This document shows positions 46,050-55,658 of a stretch of 64,000 nucleotides of DNA, piece after piece. Origin of the DNA: a bacterium (lineage in GTDB: Bacteria; Bacteroidota; Bacteroidia; Bacteroidales; Bacteroidaceae); NCBI GenBank assembly GCA_963661195.1, contig CAVLBD010000007.1, positions 2,963 to 66,962 on the forward strand, given 5' to 3'. Position numbers and translations under genes: made by a program. Within the stretch, counting starts at the first letter, position 1. Every line of letters begins with the position of its first letter. The notes under the pieces are model-generated. The model was not told where the DNA came from and made no database searches. It saw nothing but the letters and a program-made list of their open reading frames with translations.

Positions 46050-46634
46050 ATGGACATAGAACAGGCCCTCAATAAACCTAAAACTTGCGCCATTGCCATT
46101 GCTGTATCATTATGCTGCACGGCATTGGCGTTGCTTTTTTCATGTGCAGACTCAGAATACAGTCGTTATGCATGCCATCTTTCTATTAACAATGCTACGA
46201 TGCAGAATATGACCTTAGGCAGTGCTATGACAGAAGACTCTCCGGGAATATTCGTGAGAATATCTAGAGAAGGTACAACGCGGTTTAAGTTTGAATCAAA
46301 TCAAGGCACAACAACATATGGTGCAATAACGGCAATTGACCAAAAAGCGCAATGGACCATAGGAATATACAATGGTGTTATTGTTGGTTTCGGGGCTATA
46401 GATCGAAAATTCATGGCATATGACAATCAATGTCCTAATTGTTACGAGAGTTCTGGGCTTACGCGTTATGCTTTGACCATGAATACTGATGTTACTGCAA
46501 CATGTCGTTATTGTCAACGAGTTTATGACTTAAATAATGGCGGAATACTTGTTAAAGGCGACAAGGGGCGTGGACTTATAAAATATCGCGCCTATACGAC
46601 AGGGGCATTCGGGCTATTGCAGATAAATAATTGA
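46050..46634 (+). CDS. Hypothetical lipoprotein with CxxC...CxxC motif
   Basis: The ATG at 46050 gives MDIEQALNKPKTCAIAIAVSLCCTALALLFSC|ADSE; the listed ORF opens at a GTG. The C-terminal part has CPNC-x26-CRYC. No family is recognised. Confidence 0.5.
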   Translation: MDIEQALNKPKTCAIAIAVSLCCTALALLFSCADSEYSRYACHLSINNATMQNMTLGSAMTEDSPGIFVRISREGTTRFKFESNQGTTTYGAITAIDQKAQWTIGIYNGVIVGFGAIDRKFMAYDNQCPNCYESSGLTRYALTMNTDVTATCRYCQRVYDLNNGGILVKGDKGRGLIKYRAYTTGAFGLLQINN

Positions 46635-46900
46635 TTTTTGATTTAAGGAATTTATAGAACACGCCTTAAGAAAGTAAATATATTCAGAACAACAAGGCAT
46701 AAAAAAAGGGGCTCCGCTGAGTCCCAATCTTTGTTAACCTTAAATCTAATACTATGAAAAACACGTTGCAAAGTTATTGCTTTTCTGTTTAAATGCAATG
46801 TTTTGCGTGGTTTTTGTGAGTTTTTCTTTACTTTTATTGATGTACGTCAATACTTCCGTGTACGGAAACACATATATTTTGCTATAAAATACAATCATCG

Positions 46901-46908
46901 TATCTTTG
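46901..46908 (+). promoter_or_regulatory. -7 box TAtcTTTG upstream of the LMW-PTP gene
   Basis: Exact TAnnTTTG, 31 nt upstream of the ATG at 46939. Confidence 0.45.
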
Positions 46909-46938
46909 TCGCACAAAAAAACAAATTAAAAGTAAAGT

Positions 46939-47454
46939 ATGGAGAAGACGAATCTCGTAAGAAGCAAAAGAAGAATAAGACACATTCTATTCATATGTCT
47001 TGGTAATATATGTCGTTCTCCAGCGGCAGAGGGCGTGATGAAGCAACTTATTTACGATACCCAAGAGCTTCGGGGTAATATATTTGTTGACTCTGCAGGC
47101 ATAGGGGCATGGCATTCTGGTCAATTGCCGGATAGAAGAATGCGAGAAGCAGGGGAGAAACGTGGTTATTCTTTCAATAGCAGAGCTCGTCAGGTATGTG
47201 CTGATGATTTTTACCATTTTGATTACGTCTTTGCAATGGACAACGAGAATATCTCAGATCTAAAGAAAGTTGCCCCAGATGCAGAAAGTCTTGAAAAGAT
47301 ACGGTGCTTGGCCGACTTCATGACACGTCATCCTCAATATACGACAGTGCCTGATCCGTATTACGGCACAATGGATGATTTTCAAATAGCCCTTGAACTA
47401 ATAGAAGATGCTTGCCAAAATATTGTAGAAAAACTTAAAGTCGGTGAGCTATAA
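46939..47454 (+). CDS. Low-molecular-weight protein-tyrosine phosphatase
   Basis: P-loop CLGNICRSP, and a DPYYG general-acid loop. Confidence 0.9.
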   Translation: MEKTNLVRSKRRIRHILFICLGNICRSPAAEGVMKQLIYDTQELRGNIFVDSAGIGAWHSGQLPDRRMREAGEKRGYSFNSRARQVCADDFYHFDYVFAMDNENISDLKKVAPDAESLEKIRCLADFMTRHPQYTTVPDPYYGTMDDFQIALELIEDACQNIVEKLKVGEL

Positions 47455-47595
47455 CCTTTGTTGTCTGATAATTTCTGTAAACTGAATATTACATACTCTA
47501 AGACTTACTTTGTGATAATGCCCTAAAAGCATATTAAAAATGATTAAAGACGCAAATTTACACATAAACGAAACGTCTCTTTAAGCAAATAAACG

Positions 47596-47603
47596 TATCT
47601 TTG
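47596..47603 (+). promoter_or_regulatory. -7 box TAtcTTTG upstream of eno
   Basis: Exact TAnnTTTG, 113 nt upstream of the ATG at 47716. Confidence 0.45.
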
Positions 47604-47694
47604 CATGGTGTTATATTAAAGATGTATAACAGGGATAAATTATAGAAACTATATAAAATAGGTGTCTAGTCTTGCAATTGCACTACAGACATAA

Positions 47695-49023
<1,329 letters not shown>

Positions 49024-49073
49024 CAATTTGTAGGTATATACCTTTAAAATGTAACTTTTCTATATATTTATGG

Positions 49074-49110
49074 GGAGGTATCTCTAACAGAGATGCCTCC
49101 TTTTGTTTTT
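49074..49110 (+). terminator. Terminator of eno
   Basis: Stem GGAGGTATCTCT (49074-49085) / AGAGATGCCTCC (49089-49100) with one G-U pair, then TTTTGTTTTT. Confidence 0.85.
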
Positions 49111-49254
49111 CTTCTTTACATAGGGGAAAGGGCCGAAGAGGATAAAACGTGGTTTATTGGTATAATTTTTCTGCTTTATATTGATGTAAGTCAATTAAAA
49201 TAGATTGCAGAATAAAAAAAACACGAAGTTGTTGTGTACGGGCACAAAAAGATA

Positions 49255-49262
49255 TACCTTTG
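49255..49262 (+). promoter_or_regulatory. -7 box TAccTTTG driving a short orphan transcript
   Basis: Exact TAnnTTTG, 64 nt upstream of the 31-codon ORF and about 175 nt upstream of the terminator at 49436. Confidence 0.45.
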
Positions 49263-49325
49263 CAACGTGTTCGAGAGAATACATTTTTCATAGGTTAGTA
49301 GTTTGATAGATTTAAGGTAAAGATT

Positions 49326-49421
49326 ATGTTATTAGATTTTAAAACAATGACAACGTTGACGATCGTAGCCTTCTTAACAGCGATTAGCTTTATAGGTTAC
49401 TTTCACAACAGAGTACATTAA
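49326..49421 (+). CDS. Candidate small membrane peptide (31 aa), not in the supplied ORF track
   Basis: ATG at 49326 to TAA at 49419-49421 encodes MLLDFKTMTTLTIVAFLTAISFIGYFHNRVH, with one TM-length hydrophobic stretch. It is bracketed by its own promoter box and terminator. It could equally be a non-coding sRNA. Confidence 0.3.
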   Translation: MLLDFKTMTTLTIVAFLTAISFIGYFHNRVH

Positions 49422-49435
49422 AGAATTGTTTTCAG

Positions 49436-49477
49436 GAGGCCGGTTTGAGTGATTCAAGTCGTCCTCTATTTTTTTTT
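49436..49477 (+). terminator. Rho-independent terminator directly after the 31-codon ORF
   Basis: GAGGCCGGTTTGA (49436-49448) pairs with TCAAGTCGTCCTC (49454-49466): 10 Watson-Crick pairs, 2 G-U pairs and 1 mismatch, with a 5-nt loop. TA plus T9 follows. Confidence 0.7.
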
Positions 49478-49532
49478 GAAGCATTTGGTAGACTAATCCA
49501 ACATGATAACTATAGTTTGCCGATGATATATA

Positions 49533-49562
49533 AGATGAGTTTTTAGGACTCATCTTTTTTTT
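49533..49562 (+). terminator. Second terminator hairpin in the spacer
   Basis: Perfect stem AGATGAGT (49533-49540) / ACTCATCT (49548-49555), followed by T7. Confidence 0.65.
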
Positions 49563-49585
49563 GTTACATTGCTAAGTGCTGAAGC

Positions 49586-49620
49586 ACCAAGGTAAGTTTT
49601 GCTTACTTGGTATTTCTTTG
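49586..49620 (+). terminator. Third terminator-like hairpin in the spacer
   Basis: ACCAAGGTAAG (49586-49596) / CTTACTTGGT (49602-49611) with one bulged G, followed by ATTTCTTTGTT. Confidence 0.45.
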
Positions 49621-49746
49621 TTCAGATTTACTAATTAACAATGACTTTTCCTGTGATTTATTATTTTTTTGATGCATTGTTGTGATGAATTTACTTATGG
49701 GTGTCATAAAAAGTCATTAAATTTTGCTTTTCTTTGCAATAAATAT

Positions 49747-49754
49747 TACTTTTG
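49747..49754 (+). promoter_or_regulatory. -7 box TActTTTG upstream of the first T9SS-cargo cassette
   Basis: Exact TAnnTTTG, 131 nt upstream of the ATG at 49885. TTTG elements at 49723 and 49733 could serve as the -33 element. Confidence 0.45.
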
Positions 49755-49884
49755 CCCTTGAAATATCAAAAAGCAAGGAACGACCAATAATTAAAATCTT
49801 TTTGTGGTAATATATACAATATAACTGAAAAAGAGAAAGACAAATATAAGTTTACATTATACCAACGTTAAAAGCAAGAAGCGT

Positions 49885-51468
49885 ATGAGAAGATTTACTT
49901 TACTAAGCTTGGTAATGGCAACAGCTATTACCGCAAGTGCACAATGGAACACAAACAGTAATCCAGTACTTCTGTCTGGTGATGTGCAAGGAACCCACTC
50001 TCCAAAGGTGGTGCTTACCAATGACGGAAAAATGTATATAGCTTGGCGTACAGCGGCAAAGGTAGGCGGAGCACTTTGTTATGCTTTTCCACATTTGCAA
50101 CTTCTAGACACAGACGGCAATGCGATGTTCGGGAAAGACGGTCTTGCCGTGTCAACTCATGTGTCACCTTCGTGGACAAGTGACTATTCTCTTGTAGCAA
50201 CACCTGACGGATGTGCTATCATCAGCACTTCAGACTCTCGTTCGGAGGAGAGCGATTCCCTTGACAGATACAATACTTTTACTCCTGTTTGGTACAAGAT
50301 TAGCCAAGAACAGGATTATGTATGGGGCCTTGACGGATTGGCCTTGACAGACAGAATCAGTTCACCGCTTACCAATACATATGTTGTAGGCGATGATGTG
50401 TGGATACAAGACAATGTGTCTTCATATACTGATGTCAATTATTTCAATCGCGTCTCTGCCGATGGCACTCTTGGTTTCAGTGAATCACAGAGCATATTCG
50501 GACAGGTAATTCCAAGTTTCGGCACAGATTTTATTGTTGTAAACAGCGGTTCTGATGGTCCAGAGGCCATGCGTTATACTCGCGACTGCGGTAAAGTTTG
50601 GTCAGAGCCAGTAACTTTCGCTTCAAGCAACTATGGTGGTCACAGTCTTCATCCATATTCACTTGATTCCGACGGTAAGGGCGGTTTCTATGCAACCTGG
50701 GTAAGGAACATGGGAAGTTTCTCTCACATGATATGCACGCAGCATGTTGATGCAGATGGCGACCCAACATTTGGTCTTGATGCGATGGACGTTTATTCAA
50801 CAGAAGAACTTGACCACGACTATGCCACACAAGCAGTTGACACGAAAAACAACAAGGCTTTCGTTGTTTGGGCGATGCAAGTTGGTGGCGGAAGATATGA
50901 TTTGCGTGCCCAGCTCTTTAATCAGGAAGGTGACCGCCTTTTTGGTGATGAAGGTAAGGTTATTGCAACAAAAGATGGCGACTATGCAGGATGGGCCTTC
51001 AACAACTACGGACTTCTTCCCGTTGGTGACGGTGAATGGCTAGCATGCTATGCTGATGTGCGCGGTTGGCAGAAGGAATATCTATATGTAGAACGTTTCG
51101 ACAAAGACGGCAATAGTGTTTGGAAGAAGCAGATTGGTGAGTACGGTCGGTTTGACGATATCACTTTCCTTAAAGGCGATGACTGTTCATATGTGGTGTT
51201 CTTGACAGAAAACGAAGACGGTTACGATATATTGAAAGGTGCGCGAATCTATGACGATGGTTCATTCGAAAAAGCTAGTGACGGAATAAAAGCTCTAGAT
51301 GAAGCCGCGTCAGCATCATCTTTGGCAACGATATATAGCATAGACGGTAAGCTCGTGAAGACAGTCAAGGGCGAAAGTCTTGACAATGTTTCGCTTGACC
51401 ACGGAATGTACATCGTAACAATGAAAGATGCCAATGGCAAGATAAAGAGCGTTAAACTCAGCAAGTAA
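49885..51468 (+). CDS. Repeat-rich (beta-propeller-like) secreted protein with T9SS C-terminal domain, cassette 1 gene 1
   Basis: Signal ...ITASA|QWNT. Recurrent ~40-aa units carry D-x-D/N-G...W/Y (TNDGKMYIAW, DSDGKGGFYATW, DKDGNSVWKKQ). The CTD is ...IYSIDGKLVKTVKGESLDNVSLDHGMYIVTMKDANGKIKSVKLSK. It is a paralogue of 55659..57323. Confidence 0.65.
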   Translation: MRRFTLLSLVMATAITASAQWNTNSNPVLLSGDVQGTHSPKVVLTNDGKMYIAWRTAAKVGGALCYAFPHLQLLDTDGNAMFGKDGLAVSTHVSPSWTSDYSLVATPDGCAIISTSDSRSEESDSLDRYNTFTPVWYKISQEQDYVWGLDGLALTDRISSPLTNTYVVGDDVWIQDNVSSYTDVNYFNRVSADGTLGFSESQSIFGQVIPSFGTDFIVVNSGSDGPEAMRYTRDCGKVWSEPVTFASSNYGGHSLHPYSLDSDGKGGFYATWVRNMGSFSHMICTQHVDADGDPTFGLDAMDVYSTEELDHDYATQAVDTKNNKAFVVWAMQVGGGRYDLRAQLFNQEGDRLFGDEGKVIATKDGDYAGWAFNNYGLLPVGDGEWLACYADVRGWQKEYLYVERFDKDGNSVWKKQIGEYGRFDDITFLKGDDCSYVVFLTENEDGYDILKGARIYDDGSFEKASDGIKALDEAASASSLATIYSIDGKLVKTVKGESLDNVSLDHGMYIVTMKDANGKIKSVKLSK

Positions 51469-51481
51469 AAAACAATACTTT

Positions 51482-53890
51482 ATGGAAAGAATCATAAAAG
51501 CAAGAAAATTGATAGGCAGTGTAGCCATTGCAGCTTTCATGGGATTACTTCCTTCTGATGCCATGGCTCAAAGATACCTTACCGAAGACTTCGATTATGA
51601 AGTTGGCGACCTTTATCAACAAGGACCATGGTTGAAGTATGGTGCAGGAACGAAGACAAATACTATTAATGTGGGTGAAGGCAGCCTGACATACGAAGGT
51701 TATTCAGACAAGACCAGTGGCAACTGCGTAGCTCTTGCCAATACTAAGAGCAGTTATTCACTGCAGGCAGCCATTAAGGAAACTCCGTTGACAGAAGGTA
51801 GCGTCTATATGAGTGCTCTCATCAACGTGCAGAGTGCTGGCGACAGTAAGGATTTCCTGCAGTTTGTAAGGTCTGCCAGTGGTGGAATCGTTGACAAGGG
51901 ATATGGAATGGCTGGAGGAAGAATCGTTATAAAGGCAGGCGATACAGAAGGTACATTTAAAATAGGTATTTGTCGCACGCGCTTGACCGAGGCTTCATTC
52001 TCTTCTGAGGAATATGAACTCAACAAGACTTACCTCATAGTATTGAAATATCAATTTGTAGACGGTGACAATAATGATGCCATCTCCCTTTGGGTAAATC
52101 CGACAGACTTTGAGACTGAACCAGAAGCACTTGCCGGCTCTTCATCATTCTCATCGCAAGACATTCCTGATGTTGCAGGAATCGCTTTGACGCAGAACTC
52201 AATGAAAAATGGAACGTGGCATGACATGAAGGTAGATGCTATCCATGTGGCAGGAACATGGAGCGACCTTTTCAAAGAACCCTCTTCTGGAGACGAGCCG
52301 GAAGTCATGCAGCAGTTGCCAAATCGCAACATTGTCGTGATAGAGAACTTCACGAATACGGGTTGTGGCCCATGTGCAACATTTGCTCCCGTTCTCGATC
52401 AGGTTATCAACGAACGTCTTGGAGATGCAGTATGCATAAAGTGCCATGGTGTCTATCCAGACAGAACTGATCCATTCTACCTTGCCGAGCAAGCCAATCT
52501 TGACGATAGAATAGACTTCTACAGCATTAACTCTTATCCAAGTCTTATAGTTAACGGTTCGCAGACGCGCTATACGCTCAGCACTTCATTGCTGAACGCA
52601 ATGATAGACGGTGCAGGCGAAACGGATCAAGACTATGACATAAGTATAACCGGCAGTGTTTCCGACCATGTACTTACTGTTTCCGGTGACGTTACTGCAA
52701 GGAAAGATGTAGCCGACGCTTCTACACTTAAGCTTACCGCAGTTGCAATAGAAGAATATTACTACTCATCTTCAGGATATTCCAACGGCGAGCACGAGAT
52801 GCAGTTCGTGGCTAAGAGATATATGCCCGACGGAAAAGGTGCGGCTATTGCCGATAGTATGGAGAAAGAAAAGCCTTACCCATTCACATTCTCATGTGAT
52901 CTTAGTTCATTCTATGATGAAAGTCAACTTGGTGTTGTAGCTTATGTGCAAGACACCGTGTCAAAACTCATTGTTGCTTCGGCTTATATCCCGAAGAAGG
53001 CAAAGAGTGCCGACTATGTAAACCTGCTGCGTGTTGACGATACGCCAGACTTTATCTGTACTCCAGACTTTTACGGAAACATTGTGTTCCGCAATGATGG
53101 CGAGAATGAGCTAAAGAGTGCAACAGTAAACGTAGACGTTAATGGTGTAGTGCATACCTACTCATGGACAGGCAGCGTGTCTCGTCTTGAAAAGGTAACG
53201 TTCCCCACAGGCAACATAACCGATTTCTCTTTGTCTTCCGATGGCAGCAAGAATGTTGCAAAGGTATGGATATCTGATATCAACGGCACAGAGAATGAAA
53301 GTAATGCCGTGTATGTGAACTTCAGCAACTCAATGCAGGTAACAGGAGCGGTAAGAATGAAACTTTACACCGACAAGAAACCTGAAGAAACCACTTGGAA
53401 GATCTTTAATTCGGCAGGCGATGTAGTTGTTGAGGGTGGTCCATACACAGAGGCTCGCCACAAGTATACAGAAGACTTCAACCTTACCAGCGATGATTGC
53501 TACTCTCTTGTAATCTATGATGCAGGCGGTGACGGAATCAGCAGTACGGCTTATGGTAATGGTTACTACCAGCTTTACGAACTAGGCCGCGATGAATTGG
53601 GCAGCGAGACAATGACTAAGCTTACCCAAGGCACATTTACCAATGCGGAATGTGATATTGCTTTCAATCTTAAAGACGCAGACACAACGCTTGGCATAGA
53701 TGAAGTGAAGAAGATGAACGACGCAAATACAACAATCACCATTGTTGACCAGTCAGGAAAGACCCTTCTCAGCACTACTGTTGGCAAGCTCACAGAGAGC
53801 GACTTGCAGTCTCTTGGCAAGGGCCCACGCATCGTAAAGTTTGACGATGGCAAGCATACCTATGTTAACAAATACGTCTTCAACAGATAA
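51482..53890 (+). CDS. Large Omp28-like CxxC protein with T9SS C-terminal domain, cassette 1 gene 2
   Basis: Signal ...SDAMA|QRYL. The central segment VVIENFTNTGCGPCATFAP has its CxxC at 52364-52375, with ...QLGVVAYVQD also present. An ETTWKI...YDAGGDGI module precedes the CTD ...ITIVDQSGKTLL...GPRIVKFDDGKHTYVNKYVFNR. It starts 13 nt after the upstream gene. Confidence 0.65.
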   Translation: MERIIKARKLIGSVAIAAFMGLLPSDAMAQRYLTEDFDYEVGDLYQQGPWLKYGAGTKTNTINVGEGSLTYEGYSDKTSGNCVALANTKSSYSLQAAIKETPLTEGSVYMSALINVQSAGDSKDFLQFVRSASGGIVDKGYGMAGGRIVIKAGDTEGTFKIGICRTRLTEASFSSEEYELNKTYLIVLKYQFVDGDNNDAISLWVNPTDFETEPEALAGSSSFSSQDIPDVAGIALTQNSMKNGTWHDMKVDAIHVAGTWSDLFKEPSSGDEPEVMQQLPNRNIVVIENFTNTGCGPCATFAPVLDQVINERLGDAVCIKCHGVYPDRTDPFYLAEQANLDDRIDFYSINSYPSLIVNGSQTRYTLSTSLLNAMIDGAGETDQDYDISITGSVSDHVLTVSGDVTARKDVADASTLKLTAVAIEEYYYSSSGYSNGEHEMQFVAKRYMPDGKGAAIADSMEKEKPYPFTFSCDLSSFYDESQLGVVAYVQDTVSKLIVASAYIPKKAKSADYVNLLRVDDTPDFICTPDFYGNIVFRNDGENELKSATVNVDVNGVVHTYSWTGSVSRLEKVTFPTGNITDFSLSSDGSKNVAKVWISDINGTENESNAVYVNFSNSMQVTGAVRMKLYTDKKPEETTWKIFNSAGDVVVEGGPYTEARHKYTEDFNLTSDDCYSLVIYDAGGDGISSTAYGNGYYQLYELGRDELGSETMTKLTQGTFTNAECDIAFNLKDADTTLGIDEVKKMNDANTTITIVDQSGKTLLSTTVGKLTESDLQSLGKGPRIVKFDDGKHTYVNKYVFNR

Positions 53891-53905
53891 ACAAAGGTTT
53901 ATATA

Positions 53906-53951
53906 ATAAAAATCCGCAATGCTTTAATTCTTGAGACATTGCGGATTTTTA
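53906..53951. terminator. Bidirectional terminator between cassette 1 and the regulator gene
   Basis: Stem AATCCGCAATG (53911-53921) / CATTGCGGATT (53937-53947), flanked by AAAA and TTTT. Confidence 0.85.
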
Positions 53952-53988
53952 GTTTCCTCACTTATCAAGTGTTATATATATGTGCTAG

Positions 53989-55458
53989 TTATTCCTCTTC
54001 CGAATTGTCTGTTGGTGTCTCTGTAAGCACCAAACGTTGGTATTCAGATGGCGTCATGCCATAAACTTTCTTGAATGCTCGTATAAAGCTAGCGGCATTT
54101 TTATATCCAACCTCCTGGTATATAACCTGCATGGTGTAGTTGGCATAGTGGTCGCGGTCAGCCAGTTTATGGCATGCTTCGCGAATACGCCGTTCATTCA
54201 GTAGCGTCTTGAAATTCTTGTTGTAGTTAGCGTTAATGACATGCGAGACATACGTTGTGTTCGACTCTACTATTTCTGCCAAAGTCTGTAGATTCATGTC
54301 CGGATTGGATATTACATCCGTGTTATCTATGGCCTCATTGATACGGTTCAGCAGCTTTCGCTCGTTGTCGTCGCTTATTGTTGCTTGTGTCTTTATTTCT
54401 TGTTTCAGAATCTCTCTGTTTTGTTTCTCGCTTTCCTCCATGGCTTTTGTCTTTTCTATAAGAAGCCGTTGTGCGAGAACGAGTCTTCTGTTTTTTCTCA
54501 CGATAATCAGTGTGAGAATGGAAACGAGGATAAGGAAAAGCGCTACTCCCGTGATAATATATATCTGCCATTTTATACGTTCGTTCAGCAACTCCACTTG
54601 GTTCATGTGCACTCTGTTCTCATATTCGCTGAGAGTATATCGTGCCTTATAGAATTTCTTGATGTTGTATACAGAGTCGTTGAGACTAAAATACAAGTTT
54701 CGGTAGTGTTGTGCCGAATCATAGTTGTTAGTCTGTGCATAAGTATCTGCCAGCATCTTGTAGGCATTCACCAATAGTTCACCGCTTTTTATCTTGCGTG
54801 CCATTGCCACGCAGCTATCGCCAAGTGCGAGCGCTTCGCGGTTGCGGCCGCATCTTACATAAATGTTGCCAATCTCGCTCATTTGGAACAAGACGTACAG
54901 CGAGTCCATGTTGTTTTTTATAGCATATTGCATGGCACGCCGGTGCTCCTTTATGGCTTCCTCATGCCGCTGTTCAGTGTTCAATACTCGTGCGCGGCAA
55001 TAAATAGCATAGTAGTCATGTTTTACCAAGTCAGCTGTAACCTTCAGATTTTCGTATTCCTTAAGGTATTTTCTTGCCATTGCGGCATCGTTCATTCTAG
55101 TATGGCAAAATATCAAGTTGCAGATAAACGACGATAGCAACAGATTGTTGCCAATTTTATGTGCAGCGTTGTAGCCTTTGGTATAATAGTAGAGGCTTGA
55201 ATTGTTATCGCCGAAGGTATCATACACGTTGCCTATGTATCCCGTGCAGGCAATGTAGTTCTTTTTGTTGTTTTCCTTCTCTGCCATTGCCATAGCCTTT
55301 ATGTAAAGTTCAAGAGCCTCAGGATACTGCTCGCTGTAGTATTTCTTGTCGGCCATATCTCTCATTGTAACGGAGTTCATCTCTCCCTTTCCAAAGGCAA
55401 AAGGAGCATTGAAGAACATGAAAATAAAAGAAATGGCAAATATATATATGTATTTCAT
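53989..55458 (-). CDS. Transmembrane one-component regulator: periplasmic TPR domain, TM helix, cytoplasmic AraC-type HTH
   Basis: The protein has an N-terminal signal or anchor followed by about 280 aa of TPR-like repeats (YYSEQYPEALELYIKA..., NAYKMLADTYAQTNNYDSAQHY). A TM helix (IYIITGVALFLILVSILTLIIV) and a coiled coil come next. The C-terminus is an AraC HTH: ...LAEIVESNTTYVSHVINANY...IYQEVGYKNAASFIRAFKKVYGMTPSEY. Confidence 0.85.
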   Translation of the reverse strand: MKYIYIFAISFIFMFFNAPFAFGKGEMNSVTMRDMADKKYYSEQYPEALELYIKAMAMAEKENNKKNYIACTGYIGNVYDTFGDNNSSLYYYTKGYNAAHKIGNNLLLSSFICNLIFCHTRMNDAAMARKYLKEYENLKVTADLVKHDYYAIYCRARVLNTEQRHEEAIKEHRRAMQYAIKNNMDSLYVLFQMSEIGNIYVRCGRNREALALGDSCVAMARKIKSGELLVNAYKMLADTYAQTNNYDSAQHYRNLYFSLNDSVYNIKKFYKARYTLSEYENRVHMNQVELLNERIKWQIYIITGVALFLILVSILTLIIVRKNRRLVLAQRLLIEKTKAMEESEKQNREILKQEIKTQATISDDNERKLLNRINEAIDNTDVISNPDMNLQTLAEIVESNTTYVSHVINANYNKNFKTLLNERRIREACHKLADRDHYANYTMQVIYQEVGYKNAASFIRAFKKVYGMTPSEYQRLVLTETPTDNSEEE

Positions 55459-55477
55459 CTTGTGCTTCTTTCTTCTG

Positions 55478-55485
55478 CAAAGATA
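55478..55485 (-). promoter_or_regulatory. -7 box (TAtcTTTG on the minus strand) upstream of the TPR/AraC regulator
   Basis: Plus-strand CAAAGATA, 20 nt upstream of the ATG at 55458, which implies a very short leader. Confidence 0.4.
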
Positions 55486-55601
55486 ATATTATTCAACTGA
55501 AACAGCCCTTGAATGTAGAAAAATGAAAGAAAAACGTTCATATTTTATAAAATGTAAATGCATTGCGGCATATATATAGCACCCCTTACATACGTTTGGC
55601 T

Positions 55602-55609
55602 TACCTTTG
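55602..55609 (+). promoter_or_regulatory. -7 box TAccTTTG upstream of the second T9SS-cargo cassette
   Basis: Exact TAnnTTTG, 50 nt upstream of the ATG at 55659. Confidence 0.45.
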
Positions 55610-55658
55610 CAACAGTTCGAAGATGAACGTCAATTCAATATTCTAAAATTTTCTGCTT

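Noticed and set aside
49754-55513. Shared 9-mer GCCCTTGAA upstream of both T9SS-cargo cassettes (49754-49762 and 55505-55513) as a possible AraC operator
   Set aside because: One shared 9-mer between two ~250-nt regions is about what chance gives (expectation near 0.5). The two copies sit at different positions relative to their -7 boxes, one overlapping the start site and the other ~95 nt upstream. No second half-site is evident.
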